A stretch of 64,000 nucleotides of DNA. Source: Candidatus Doudnabacteria bacterium (GTDB lineage: Bacteria > Patescibacteriota > Doudnabacteria > UBA920 > O2-02-FULL-48-8). Below, one piece after another: positions 8,845-17,793 of the stretch. The stretch spans positions 85,680 to 149,679 of the forward strand of contig JACPFQ010000001.1 of assembly GCA_016182875.1 (NCBI GenBank), in the 5' to 3' direction. Under the pieces are notes generated by a model. The model had not been told where the DNA came from, ran no database searches, and saw only the letters and a list, made by a program, of their open reading frames with translations. Made by a program: the position numbers and the translations under genes. Within the stretch, counting starts at the first letter, position 1. Every line of letters starts with the position of its first letter.

Positions 8845-9214
8845 TGATGCGGATAAGGTTAATGCTTGCGATTAGAAAAATCAATTGAACGATAACGGTT
8901 GAAAAGTTGATGAAAAATGCGGCCAACTTTTCCCGCTTGAAAAAATAATTTGCCAGCAAAAAATTAATAATCAGAATCAGAAGCGCCGCGGCGGGAATGA
9001 TATAAATCGCATACGCTTTATCAATCAAATCAGCGCCGTATATGACATTATAGTGCAGGACGATGCTACTGGAACTGATTTTTACCTTGCTGGCTAGAAT
9101 CACCCAATGTATAATGTTAAAAAGCAATGCCAGAGCAATTGGTACCAGGTTGAACGGTTCCGAAATAAAAGGTCTTTTGGAAGCTAAAAGTTGATTGAGC
9201 TTGTCAAGAAGCAT
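8837..9214 (-). CDS. Membrane protein (125 aa, 3-4 TM)
   Basis: Hydrophobic. Overlaps the next minus-strand gene by 8 nt (operon-like). Confidence 0.4.
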   Translation of the reverse strand: MLLDKLNQLLASKRPFISEPFNLVPIALALLFNIIHWVILASKVKISSSSIVLHYNVIYGADLIDKAYAIYIIPAAALLILIINFLLANYFFKREKLAAFFINFSTVIVQLIFLIASINLIRING

Positions 9215-10807
9215 CGCCTAGCCATTATACAAAAAATGACCAATTTTATAAAGCCCCATTGGCCCATAATTACCATAATAATTTTGGGGATTTTTTTCCG
9301 GTTTTGGCAGATTTCTCAATTGCCCGGCGGCCTTTTCCCCGACGAAGCGGCCAACGGGTTGGACGTTAATTCAATTTTGGCCGGAGACTATAAGCCTTTT
9401 TATGAACGAGGGAACGGACGCGAGGCTTTGTTTTTTTATTTTCTGGCCATCCCCGTGGCCTTATTCGGGCGCGGAGCGTGGCAGCACCACGTCGTCTCAG
9501 CCGGCATCGGCCTGCTCTCGGTCATCGCCGCCTACTTGCTTGCGAAAAAAATGTTCGGCAAACGCATAGCCTTACTGGCAGGCTTTCTCATGGCGGTTTC
9601 CAGCTACGCGGCCACAATCAGCCGCACCGCCTTCCGCGCCAATACTGTTCCCCTGTTTTCCATCCTCGTTCTTTATTTTTTGATTTGTTTTTTCCAAACC
9701 CGGGAGCCAAAAAAGAAATATTGGTATGCCGCCTTATCGGGGCTGGCGTTCGCCTTGGGATTCTATACCTACATTTCTTTTCGCATGATGCTGCCCCTGC
9801 TCTTTGGCTTCGCTATTCTCCTCGTTTTGTCGCAGAGGCATAAGCTTAAGAGCATCATTCAGCAGTACTGGAAATATAAAACCGTTTTCGCCTTAACCTT
9901 CATCCTGGGCTTCTCCTGGATTGGATATTATTTCCTAACTCATCCGGGAACGTTCATCGGACGGGCCGGACAAGTCTCGATTTTTTCGCCTGATTTAAAC
10001 CAGGGGAATATTCTGGGAACTTTCTGGGAGGTGTTCAAAGCGACAATCCTCAGCTTTTTCAGTGCCGGCGACGTTAATTGGCGGCATAACGTTTCCGGCT
10101 ACCCGTTCTTATCACCCTTGGCTTCCCCATTTTTCGCTTTGGCTCTGATTGTATTCAGCTTTGCGATTTTTAAATTGTTGCGGCAGGTTTGGAGCAGGAA
10201 ATTAAATAAAGAGACAGTTTATCAGTCGTTGGTCGCGGTTTGGTTTTGGTTTATGCTTATTCCCGAATTGACCACGGCCGAAGGAATTCCTCACGGCTTG
10301 CGCCTGATCGGCGTCATTCCACCGATGTTTATTCTCTCTGCCTGGGGCATCGATTGGTTGTGGCAAAGAATCCGAATACGCGAAGCCTATTTTAAAGCCG
10401 GCCTGGCTTCCGTTTTTCTTTTTTCTACTTTTGCCGTTAATTATCACGCCTACTTCGTCGTTGCGGCAGAAAGCCCCGAATACTACTATGCTTTCCGCTC
10501 GGATCTTTCGGTTGTGAGCCAATACCTAAATGCCCGGAACCAAAAAGAGAAGACTTACTTATCACTGGATAAATTTTCGGTCCAGACCGTAGACTACCTG
10601 ACTACCGCCGCGAACCGTCCGTATATTCTTTTGGTTCCGGAAAAAAGCTTTGCCATAAAACTCAACCAAGGCGACCAAGTGGTATTCACCCAGAGCACCA
10701 TTTTTGACAGCATTAAATTCAAACAGCACCACCCAGACAGCAAGCTTGTGCTCGAGAGAAAAAATAAATTTGGCGAAAAAATAATGCTTGTCTACGAACG
10801 ATTATGA
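9191..10807 (+). CDS. PMT/ArnT-family (GT39/GT83) membrane glycosyltransferase
   Basis: 'DEAANGL', about 12 TM helices, and the COG1807 pattern. The true start may be the M at 9236. Confidence 0.8.
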   Translation: MIELVKKHRLAIIQKMTNFIKPHWPIITIIILGIFFRFWQISQLPGGLFPDEAANGLDVNSILAGDYKPFYERGNGREALFFYFLAIPVALFGRGAWQHHVVSAGIGLLSVIAAYLLAKKMFGKRIALLAGFLMAVSSYAATISRTAFRANTVPLFSILVLYFLICFFQTREPKKKYWYAALSGLAFALGFYTYISFRMMLPLLFGFAILLVLSQRHKLKSIIQQYWKYKTVFALTFILGFSWIGYYFLTHPGTFIGRAGQVSIFSPDLNQGNILGTFWEVFKATILSFFSAGDVNWRHNVSGYPFLSPLASPFFALALIVFSFAIFKLLRQVWSRKLNKETVYQSLVAVWFWFMLIPELTTAEGIPHGLRLIGVIPPMFILSAWGIDWLWQRIRIREAYFKAGLASVFLFSTFAVNYHAYFVVAAESPEYYYAFRSDLSVVSQYLNARNQKEKTYLSLDKFSVQTVDYLTTAANRPYILLVPEKSFAIKLNQGDQVVFTQSTIFDSIKFKQHHPDSKLVLERKNKFGEKIMLVYERL

Positions 10808-12255
10808 AAAATTTCAAGCTGATTGGAATATTGATTCTTGCGGGTTTGCTGCGCCTTTATCACAACACGTCAGTGGCGCTATGGCATGACGAAGCTTTTT
10901 CGGCCCTCTATACCCGCGACTACTCCTGGACCGAAATGATGCATCGGATTGGACTGGACGTCCATCCGCCGCTTTATTATATTCTTCTCAAACTTTGGAC
11001 CTATGTCTTTGGACATTCTTTAATCTCTCTCCGGGGTGTTTCTACTATATTTGGCGTGCTTACGGCCTGGGCCGGCTACTTGTTGGTCAAAAAAATAACC
11101 AAAAGCGACAAAATCGCCTTGTTTGCCGGGTTGCTTCTGGCCATCAATCCTTTTCAAATTCAATATTCCCTGGAAGCGCGGATGTACACGCTTGGCACAT
11201 TCTTAGTGCTGCTGTCCAGCTACCTGCTCCTGCGGGCGCTTGAGACCAATGAAAGGAAGTTCTGGCTCGGCTACGCGGCCGCGGCAGCCGCTTGTTTGTA
11301 CACCCACTACTTTTTGTTCTTTTCAGTGGCCGCCCAAGTGCTATATTTGTGCTATATCCTGCTTAAAGCAAAAAAATGGCCGCTTATGCTAAATGCTGTC
11401 ATGGCCGCAGCTGCCATTTTGGTATTATACATTCCTTGGATCGGAAGTTTTCTCGTCCAAAATCAGCGGGTGGCTGCTGCGTATTGGATTCCGGCCATGG
11501 ACCGCTGGTCTGTACCAGGAACCGTATGGAAAATGGCATTTGGCGGGCAGTGGACAAGCCACTCCTTGCTCGTGATAGCCGCGATTGTCGGCCTCTTTCT
11601 GCTTTACTATTATTTCAAGAAAATCAAAGATGACTCGAAAATTTTGGTACTCCTCGGATTGCTCTTTCCCTTCATCGCCTCAATCGCTTTCTCGCTCAGA
11701 TCTTCTATTTATCTAGACCGCTATTTCGTATTCGCCGCTTTGTTTCTCATTATCATAGCCGCGGTTTCAATTATGCAAATCCAAAGATACGCCGTAAGAA
11801 GAACTCTAATCTCGCTCGTCGTCGTCGTTTCCCTGATAGCTTTTTTCAAAAACTGGAAAGAGCTCGACATCAGCCGAAAGCCAGGCATGGCCAAGGCCTC
11901 CGAGGCAGTCAACGAACAATTCACGAAGGACGATAAAATTTATGTCGGCTCCCCGTTCGTGTTCTTCACCTTCAAATACTATAACCGGACTGGCATCGCA
12001 CCCAAGCTTTACTCCGCAGGCAGTTTGGAAACCATCCCGCACTTTTCCGGGACAGCCCTGCTCACCAATGGCGACTTAATCCTCGACTTCAAAGAAGCCA
12101 AAAAAAATGACAATGTTTGGCTGATTTGGACCAACGGCTTTGGTTCAAGCAAGCCCAATGTCCCCGGCAGCTGGAGTATCATTTCGGAGCGGGAATACGA
12201 AGACGCCCCTGATTTTAAGGGAAAAATCGTCATCACGCGGTATCATGTGAACTAG
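10804..12255 (+). CDS. Second PMT/ArnT-family (GT39/GT83) glycosyltransferase
   Basis: 'WHDEAFS', 'HPPLYYILL', multi-TM. Overlaps the upstream paralog by 4 nt. Confidence 0.8.
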   Translation: MKNFKLIGILILAGLLRLYHNTSVALWHDEAFSALYTRDYSWTEMMHRIGLDVHPPLYYILLKLWTYVFGHSLISLRGVSTIFGVLTAWAGYLLVKKITKSDKIALFAGLLLAINPFQIQYSLEARMYTLGTFLVLLSSYLLLRALETNERKFWLGYAAAAAACLYTHYFLFFSVAAQVLYLCYILLKAKKWPLMLNAVMAAAAILVLYIPWIGSFLVQNQRVAAAYWIPAMDRWSVPGTVWKMAFGGQWTSHSLLVIAAIVGLFLLYYYFKKIKDDSKILVLLGLLFPFIASIAFSLRSSIYLDRYFVFAALFLIIIAAVSIMQIQRYAVRRTLISLVVVVSLIAFFKNWKELDISRKPGMAKASEAVNEQFTKDDKIYVGSPFVFFTFKYYNRTGIAPKLYSAGSLETIPHFSGTALLTNGDLILDFKEAKKNDNVWLIWTNGFGSSKPNVPGSWSIISEREYEDAPDFKGKIVITRYHVN

Positions 12256-12289
12256 CACTATGTAGCGTGCCGATTCATCGGCTCAAGCT

Positions 12290-12324
12290 GATAAATCAGC
12301 GCGCTACAATCACAGTGCCCTTGA
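12290..12324. repeat. Palindromic element GCTGATAAATCAGC with conserved flanks (family also at 49504-49540)
   Basis: ATTCATCG..GCTGATAAATCAGC..GCTACA is shared by both loci. Overlaps the 3' end of the UMP kinase coding region. Confidence 0.5.
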
Positions 12325-12979
12325 ATTTCTTGCCGGACAAATAATCCTTAAGATTTTTCAAATTTCGGCCGTTTATGATTACGACCTCAATCCCTGATTT
12401 TTCGGCGAGCTTGGCAATTGAGGGGTCAAACGGTTTGTGCTGGCCGGGTTTTCGGGAAGCTCCAAATTGAGCGCGAAATTGCCTCCAGGTCATAAAAGGG
12501 ATCAACTTCGCATTCTTAAACTTACGCGGGTCGCGGTCAAAAACCCCGTCAACATTGGTCAGGTTTATGACCGTCTTTATGTTAAGCTTTCGGGCATAAT
12601 TAATACTGCTCGAATCAGACGAGCCGCCGGGTTTGATGCCGCCGAGGGCAACCATTAGTGGCTCTTTATGCCATGCGAAATTTTTGTATGTCATCACCGG
12701 TTCGTGTTTTTTTGCGCCCAAAATCCAGCGGACGAACTGCGCGTGGAACCAGTTGGTCTCAATGCCAATCCAATCCAGCCCGGCATCGGAGACATTAGCG
12801 GCTTTTCTTGCCGCTGACTGATAGTTTCTGGCTGTGGCCCCGCCGCCCGGCAGGATCAGAAACTTCTTGCCTGTTTTTGCCTGATCCCTAACCACTTTCC
12901 TGAAATTTTTCAAAAATTTAATGTCAATCTTATCCGGCACGATGATCGAGCCCCCCAGCGATATAATGTAGCGTTTCAT
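12296..12979 (-). CDS. pyrH: Archaeal-type UMP kinase (amino-acid-kinase fold); internal ATG with its own SD, and in frame with the upstream FtsQ-like ORF
   Basis: 'ISLGGSIIVP', 'ILPGGGATARNY', 'VALGGIKPGGSSDSS', 'VINLTNVDGVF'. SD GGAGA 6 nt upstream of the internal ATG. Confidence 0.75.
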   Translation of the reverse strand: MKRYIISLGGSIIVPDKIDIKFLKNFRKVVRDQAKTGKKFLILPGGGATARNYQSAARKAANVSDAGLDWIGIETNWFHAQFVRWILGAKKHEPVMTYKNFAWHKEPLMVALGGIKPGGSSDSSSINYARKLNIKTVINLTNVDGVFDRDPRKFKNAKLIPFMTWRQFRAQFGASRKPGQHKPFDPSIAKLAEKSGIEVVIINGRNLKNLKDYLSGKKFKGTVIVAR

Positions 12980-13870
12980 TTTTGTTCTCCAATAAACCCA
13001 TTTTTCCGAGCGCATGTCGATATAGGCCAGGTTGCTCTTGTCTTTGGCCGGAATGTGCTTATTAATCATAAGCGACAAACCGGCCAGCTGAACCGCTACC
13101 GGCCTACTGACGTCAAAGAACACGCTCCAGCCGGCCTCCGAAGTAAACTGGGATTCAAAGCTATTCTTGGAAGTAATTTTAATCGAACTGATCCTCGAAT
13201 CTATTTTGGACGGCCAGGCCCGGTGCATCGACTGGATGAACGCGACCAGCTTCGGATTGCTTAAAATCTCCCCCAACACCACGTCCTGGTCTTGGTTTTC
13301 ATTTACCACCAAAGGCAGGCCTTTTTCGTCCGTGACCTCTTTCAAGACCAAACCCTCTTCATCGACCAAAAATTTTCTCTCCTTCATACTCAGGACAAAG
13401 CCAGGGTTGCGCTCCGATATTTCAATCTCAATTTTGTTTGGCCAAGATCTATTGACCTTTGTTACTTCCCGCACTTCTGGTACGGTTTTGGTCATTAATC
13501 TATTCAGCCGGCCGCGCGTCATAAGAAAAAAATGATTCCTGGGGATTAAGAACAGCCGGCTGTTGGAAGCGGCGTCCAAAACCTCTTTTACCTGTTCATA
13601 TGAAACTTGGCCCCCACCCTTCACCGCAACTTCGGTAATCAAGAGTTTGCCTGAAACCACCGAATAATAAAAGACCAGGATAAAAGCCGCGGCGCTGATA
13701 AACTTAATTCTTCGGCGGCTGAAAGGCGGCAAAAGAGGCACTCTGAAGCGATACTTCGGCATGTTAAACGTCCGCTTATAGGCGGCGGCTTGTCTGAGGC
13801 GGGAGCGGAAAGTGGGCGAGCCGAATCTCCTTCGGGGTTCCAGTTTTCTTCTGTGCTTCGAGAATATCAT
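12980..13870 (-). CDS. ftsQ: FtsQ/DivIB-like cell-division protein (TM helix plus POTRA), with no stop before the UMP kinase
   Basis: Basic N-tail, TM 'FISAAAFILVFYYSVV', and POTRA 'LITEVAVKGGGQVSYEQVKEVL...WPNKIEIEISERNPGFV'. Part of a continuous 524-codon ORF, 12296-13870. Confidence 0.65.
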
Positions 13871-13970
13871 AAGGTATCGATACTAATCAACGAATGAATA
13901 CTAATTATACGAATAATTAATGCTTAAGTTTTATTAGTATCATTAGTAAATTAGTATATTCGCATCGATG

Positions 13971-15086
13971 CTATTTAATAAGCATATTAGCAAAATCCTT
14001 CTTGACTTTCGACATTATTCTCGGTTTCTTAGCAACAACTATCATATCCTCAATCCTGACCCCAAACCTGCCCGGCAGATAAATTCCAGGCTCCACTGTG
14101 ACGACGAAATTGCTTTTCAGCACATCTTCCGAAGCGGGTGAAAAATTCGGCCCGCCTCGCCTCGCTCCGCTCGTCGGGGCGAGGCTGGGCAGTTCATGAA
14201 TTTCCAAACCTACGCCATGACCGGTATTATGCGTAAAGTATTTTCCAAAGTTTTTTTTGGCAATAAATTTGCGAGCGGTCTGGTCTACCAGCGAGGCTTT
14301 ATTGCCCAGCTTGACCTGCTCAATCGCCCTCAGTTGCGCTTGCAAAACTGTTTCGTAGACTTTTACCTGCAAACGATTCGGCTTGCCAATAAATAACGTA
14401 CGCGTGAAATCCGAATGATAGCCTTTCACTTTAAACCCAAAATCGAGAAGCAAAAAATTATTTCTGCCGATCCGGGCGCTGCTTGAAAAATGATGCGGGC
14501 TCGCCGCGTTTGGGCCAAATGCCACAATCGGGTCAAATGCCAGGCCGTCTGCGCCCAAGCGCTTCCCTTCTTTTTCTATTAAGTAGGCAATGTCTGCTTC
14601 AGTCACGCCCCTTTTTCCCATTATTCCCTTTACCCCCCTTATCTCCCTTTTTACCCTTTCAAAAACTTTATCGATAATCCTGCTCCCTTTCTCAATCGCC
14701 GCAAGCTCGGTTTTCGCTTTCTCGCTTCTAAGCTTCTCTATCACGTTTGTCGTTTGTGTCCAACCCATGCCGCGCTTAATTTTTTTAAGCTGGGCAAGCT
14801 CCCTTAAAGTTATCCGATCCTCAACTCCGATTTTTTTATGCTTAACTTCTGTTAAGTATGTGCTTAACTTTTTTAAGTCCCTAACTGGCAAATCGCTTTC
14901 TCTCTTCGCGCGAAGAGTGTAGCGGCTGTCCACGAAGAGCATGGCGGACTTGCGCATGACTGCCAAAACGCCGGCAGAGCCGGTAAAGCCGGACAGATAC
15001 TCCCGATTGATTTTGGTCATCACCAAAAAAGCATCCAGTTTTTCGTCTTTCAGAAATTGCTGCAGTGCTTTAATGGCGATGCTCAT
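13971..15086 (-). CDS. pepP: M24B Xaa-Pro aminopeptidase/prolidase
   Basis: 'HGVGLEIHELP', 'VEPGIYLPGRFGVRIEDMIVV', and a creatinase-like N-terminal domain. Confidence 0.85.
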   Translation of the reverse strand: MSIAIKALQQFLKDEKLDAFLVMTKINREYLSGFTGSAGVLAVMRKSAMLFVDSRYTLRAKRESDLPVRDLKKLSTYLTEVKHKKIGVEDRITLRELAQLKKIKRGMGWTQTTNVIEKLRSEKAKTELAAIEKGSRIIDKVFERVKREIRGVKGIMGKRGVTEADIAYLIEKEGKRLGADGLAFDPIVAFGPNAASPHHFSSSARIGRNNFLLLDFGFKVKGYHSDFTRTLFIGKPNRLQVKVYETVLQAQLRAIEQVKLGNKASLVDQTARKFIAKKNFGKYFTHNTGHGVGLEIHELPSLAPTSGARRGGPNFSPASEDVLKSNFVVTVEPGIYLPGRFGVRIEDMIVVAKKPRIMSKVKKDFANMLIK

Positions 15087-15511
15087 TATGCGTTTAGTGT
15101 CTGCGGGTTTAATTTGAGGAAAAATTCCAAATCTTGCCTGGTCTTGTCCGTCAAATCGTAGTCAAAAACCTCATCCAGCGGCACCCAGTCAAAATCAGCG
15201 CCCTCGCCCAAAGTCATTTTCGATTTATCCAAATCGCTTTTGACATAAAATACATGGCGCCAGGTTCCTCGTTTCTCATTCAGGTAATCACAAACCGGAA
15301 GAATATTTTCTTCCATCAGATTAATCCCCAATTCTTCTTTTACTTCTCTGGTAAAACATTGCTTCGGCGTTTCACTGCCCTCGCTTGACCCTCCAAAAAA
15401 TCCCCATTTATTCGGGTGAACTGGCGCTTTATCATCCCTTAAATGCAAAAGAACAGACTTAGTTTTGGGATTATACAAAAATCCTCCGGCAAAAAATTTA
15501 GCGTTTTCCAT
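15086..15511 (-). CDS. NUDIX hydrolase
   Basis: Nudix box 'GFFGGSSEGSETPKQCFTREVKEELGI'. Confidence 0.75.
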   Translation of the reverse strand: MENAKFFAGGFLYNPKTKSVLLHLRDDKAPVHPNKWGFFGGSSEGSETPKQCFTREVKEELGINLMEENILPVCDYLNEKRGTWRHVFYVKSDLDKSKMTLGEGADFDWVPLDEVFDYDLTDKTRQDLEFFLKLNPQTLNA

Positions 15512-16554
15512 TAATCTTTCTGTAATGCCAGTTTAATTAAAATATCCAAAAGCTGGGGGTAAGAAATACCGGCAGCGGCAGCGGATTTGGGAACCAACGA
15601 GGTCGGAGTAAGCCCGGGGATGGTGTTGATTTCCAGGAAATAAAGTTCGCCTTTTTTGTTCATAATGAAGTCAGACCGTGTAAGACCGCGGCAGCCCATA
15701 GCCAAATGAATCTGCAGGGCCAGGGTTTGGACTTCTCTCCGGGCCTTGTCAGAGATTCTTGCGGGTACAATTTCATCAGTGCCTCCCACTGCGTATTTGG
15801 CTTTGTAATCAAAAAAATTCGAGATAAGAGGAACAATCTCTATGACCGGCAGGGCCTGCGGCCGGGTGTTGCCAAGCACCGGCACAGTCAATTCGGTTCC
15901 TTCAATGAATTTTTCCACCAAAACTTCGCTGTCATGCCTAAAAGCCTTTTTTATAGCTCTATCCACCGCGGCCTTGCCGGAAACGATGAAGGTTCCCAGG
16001 GATGAGCCCATGCGATTGGGCTTGACCACGACCTTGCCGCGAATTTGCTTGAAATAATGTTTCTTTTCGGAAGCATAGTCGTGCTTGTAAACCAAAACCG
16101 CGTGTGCCACCTTGATGCCAAGTCTTGTTACAAAGACTTTCGTCCTGATTTTGTCCATAGCCAGGGCTGAGGCAAGCACGCTGGAACAGGTGTAAGGAAT
16201 TTTTAAAAGCTCAAGCATGCCCTGAATAGTGCCGTCCTCGCCTCCTGGCCCATGCAAAGCTAAAAGAGCCACGTCGGGCTTGCCCCTTTCGTCTTTGCGA
16301 GTGATTAGCGAAGCAATCTCTTTTTGGGATTGCTTCGTCGCTCCGCTCCTCGCAATGACGGAGCGTGAGATCTGCCTAATTGTGCCGGAAGAGGTCAGCC
16401 ATTTGCCCTGCTTCGAAATCTCAATCGGAATCACGTCGTACTTTCTGGGGTCCAGATTCTGGGCCATGGTGGCGCCCGTGCTCAAAGAGACTTCCCGCTC
16501 TTGCGAAGTCCCCCCAAAAATCAGCGCTACTTTCAGTTTCTTTTGTTTAGGCAT
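15511..16554 (-). CDS. ddl: D-alanine--D-alanine ligase
   Basis: ATP-grasp signature 'ALIFGGTSQEREVSLSTG', 'LHGPGGEDGTIQG', and an 'ELYFLEINTIPG'-type segment. Confidence 0.9.
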   Translation of the reverse strand: MPKQKKLKVALIFGGTSQEREVSLSTGATMAQNLDPRKYDVIPIEISKQGKWLTSSGTIRQISRSVIARSGATKQSQKEIASLITRKDERGKPDVALLALHGPGGEDGTIQGMLELLKIPYTCSSVLASALAMDKIRTKVFVTRLGIKVAHAVLVYKHDYASEKKHYFKQIRGKVVVKPNRMGSSLGTFIVSGKAAVDRAIKKAFRHDSEVLVEKFIEGTELTVPVLGNTRPQALPVIEIVPLISNFFDYKAKYAVGGTDEIVPARISDKARREVQTLALQIHLAMGCRGLTRSDFIMNKKGELYFLEINTIPGLTPTSLVPKSAAAAGISYPQLLDILIKLALQKD

Positions 16555-16663
16555 ATTTTAAGTCTACGCTATGCGACGGGTGACGCGATTTGGGGACCCC
16601 GACGGCGCGCAACGATAGTGAGCACCGGCGGGGTAAGGAGCAAGCAGGACCCGTCGCCCTAAG

Positions 16664-17791
16664 CTATTTAACCAACACTCTCGGAATTGTCGGGTTAATC
16701 CTGGTCACGATCTCATAACTGATAGTTCCTACAACATTCGCCAGCTCGTCAACAAAAATCTCCTCTTTTCCCTGTTTGCCGATTAATACTGCTTCATCGC
16801 CGGCTTTGATGTTTTTAACGTCAGTCACATCCACGCTCAGCAAATTCATATAGACTCGGCCCCTGATCTTGCATCGTTTGCCGCCAACCAAAACTTCGCC
16901 AAGATTGGAAAGCTTGCGGTCGTAGCCTTCGTTATATCCTACAGGCAAGGTGGCTAACTTGGTTTTGCGCGGCGTCCTGTAGCTTCGGCCGTAGCCGACG
17001 TAGGCCCCGGCGGGCAAATCCTTGACTGCCAAAATTTTGGTCTTCCAGGTTAAGACGCGCCTTAAATTAAATCCCGGATTAATTTTGGTTACCAGCGAAT
17101 GGATTGACTTATATGATTCCAAACCGTAAATCCCAATCCCGATTCTTGCCAAGTCATAGCGGCTTTCCGGAAAAGCTAAAGCCGAGGAAGTGCAGGCGAT
17201 GTGCTTGAGGGGAATAAAAATTAAATTGTTCTCTAAGTCTTCTATGATATTGCGGAAATGACCCAACTGCAGTTCAGTGAAGGTCGGGTCATCTTCGGAA
17301 GAGGCAAAGTGGCTGAAGAGTCCCTTAATCTCTATATTTGGAAGTCTGCCGACTTTCTTTATAAAACTTATGGCGTCGCGGGCGTAAATCCCCAATCTCG
17401 AAAGCCCGGTGCCGACCTTCACGTGAATTTTTGCCTTCTTCTTAAGCTTCTTCGCCGCTTTCGAAATGGCCCGCGCTTGGCTTAAATCGTAAACGACAAG
17501 CGCAACATTGCGTGCAACCAATGACTCTACTTGAACCAAATCATAGTAATTGAGAACCAAAATCGGTTTTTTGATACCCGACGTGCGCAGTGCCAGAGCC
17601 TCAGTGCCGTTAGCTGTGCCAAACCAATCCACCGATGATTCCAAGGTTTCGCTCACGGCAAAAGAGCCGTGTCCATAAGCATTGCTTTTGACCACGGCCA
17701 TAAGTTTCGTTTGCTTAAGCACTTTGCGGAATTGCTTTGCGTTGTGCAAAAGCGCCGATTGGCTGACTTCTATCCAGGTGAGTGGAGTCAT
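16664..17791 (-). CDS. alr: Alanine racemase
   Basis: PLP site 'AVVKSNAYGHGS' and a C-terminal beta domain. Confidence 0.9.
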   Translation of the reverse strand: MTPLTWIEVSQSALLHNAKQFRKVLKQTKLMAVVKSNAYGHGSFAVSETLESSVDWFGTANGTEALALRTSGIKKPILVLNYYDLVQVESLVARNVALVVYDLSQARAISKAAKKLKKKAKIHVKVGTGLSRLGIYARDAISFIKKVGRLPNIEIKGLFSHFASSEDDPTFTELQLGHFRNIIEDLENNLIFIPLKHIACTSSALAFPESRYDLARIGIGIYGLESYKSIHSLVTKINPGFNLRRVLTWKTKILAVKDLPAGAYVGYGRSYRTPRKTKLATLPVGYNEGYDRKLSNLGEVLVGGKRCKIRGRVYMNLLSVDVTDVKNIKAGDEAVLIGKQGKEEIFVDELANVVGTISYEIVTRINPTIPRVLVK

Positions 17792-17793
17792 CG

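Noticed and set aside
8644-9214. Two small membrane ORFs upstream of the GT2 gene as frameshifted N-terminal TM fragments of that enzyme
   Set aside because: They overlap their neighbours by 4 and 8 nt in the manner of translationally coupled separate genes, and the GT2 already carries C-terminal TM helices. They are kept as separate small membrane proteins with low confidence.
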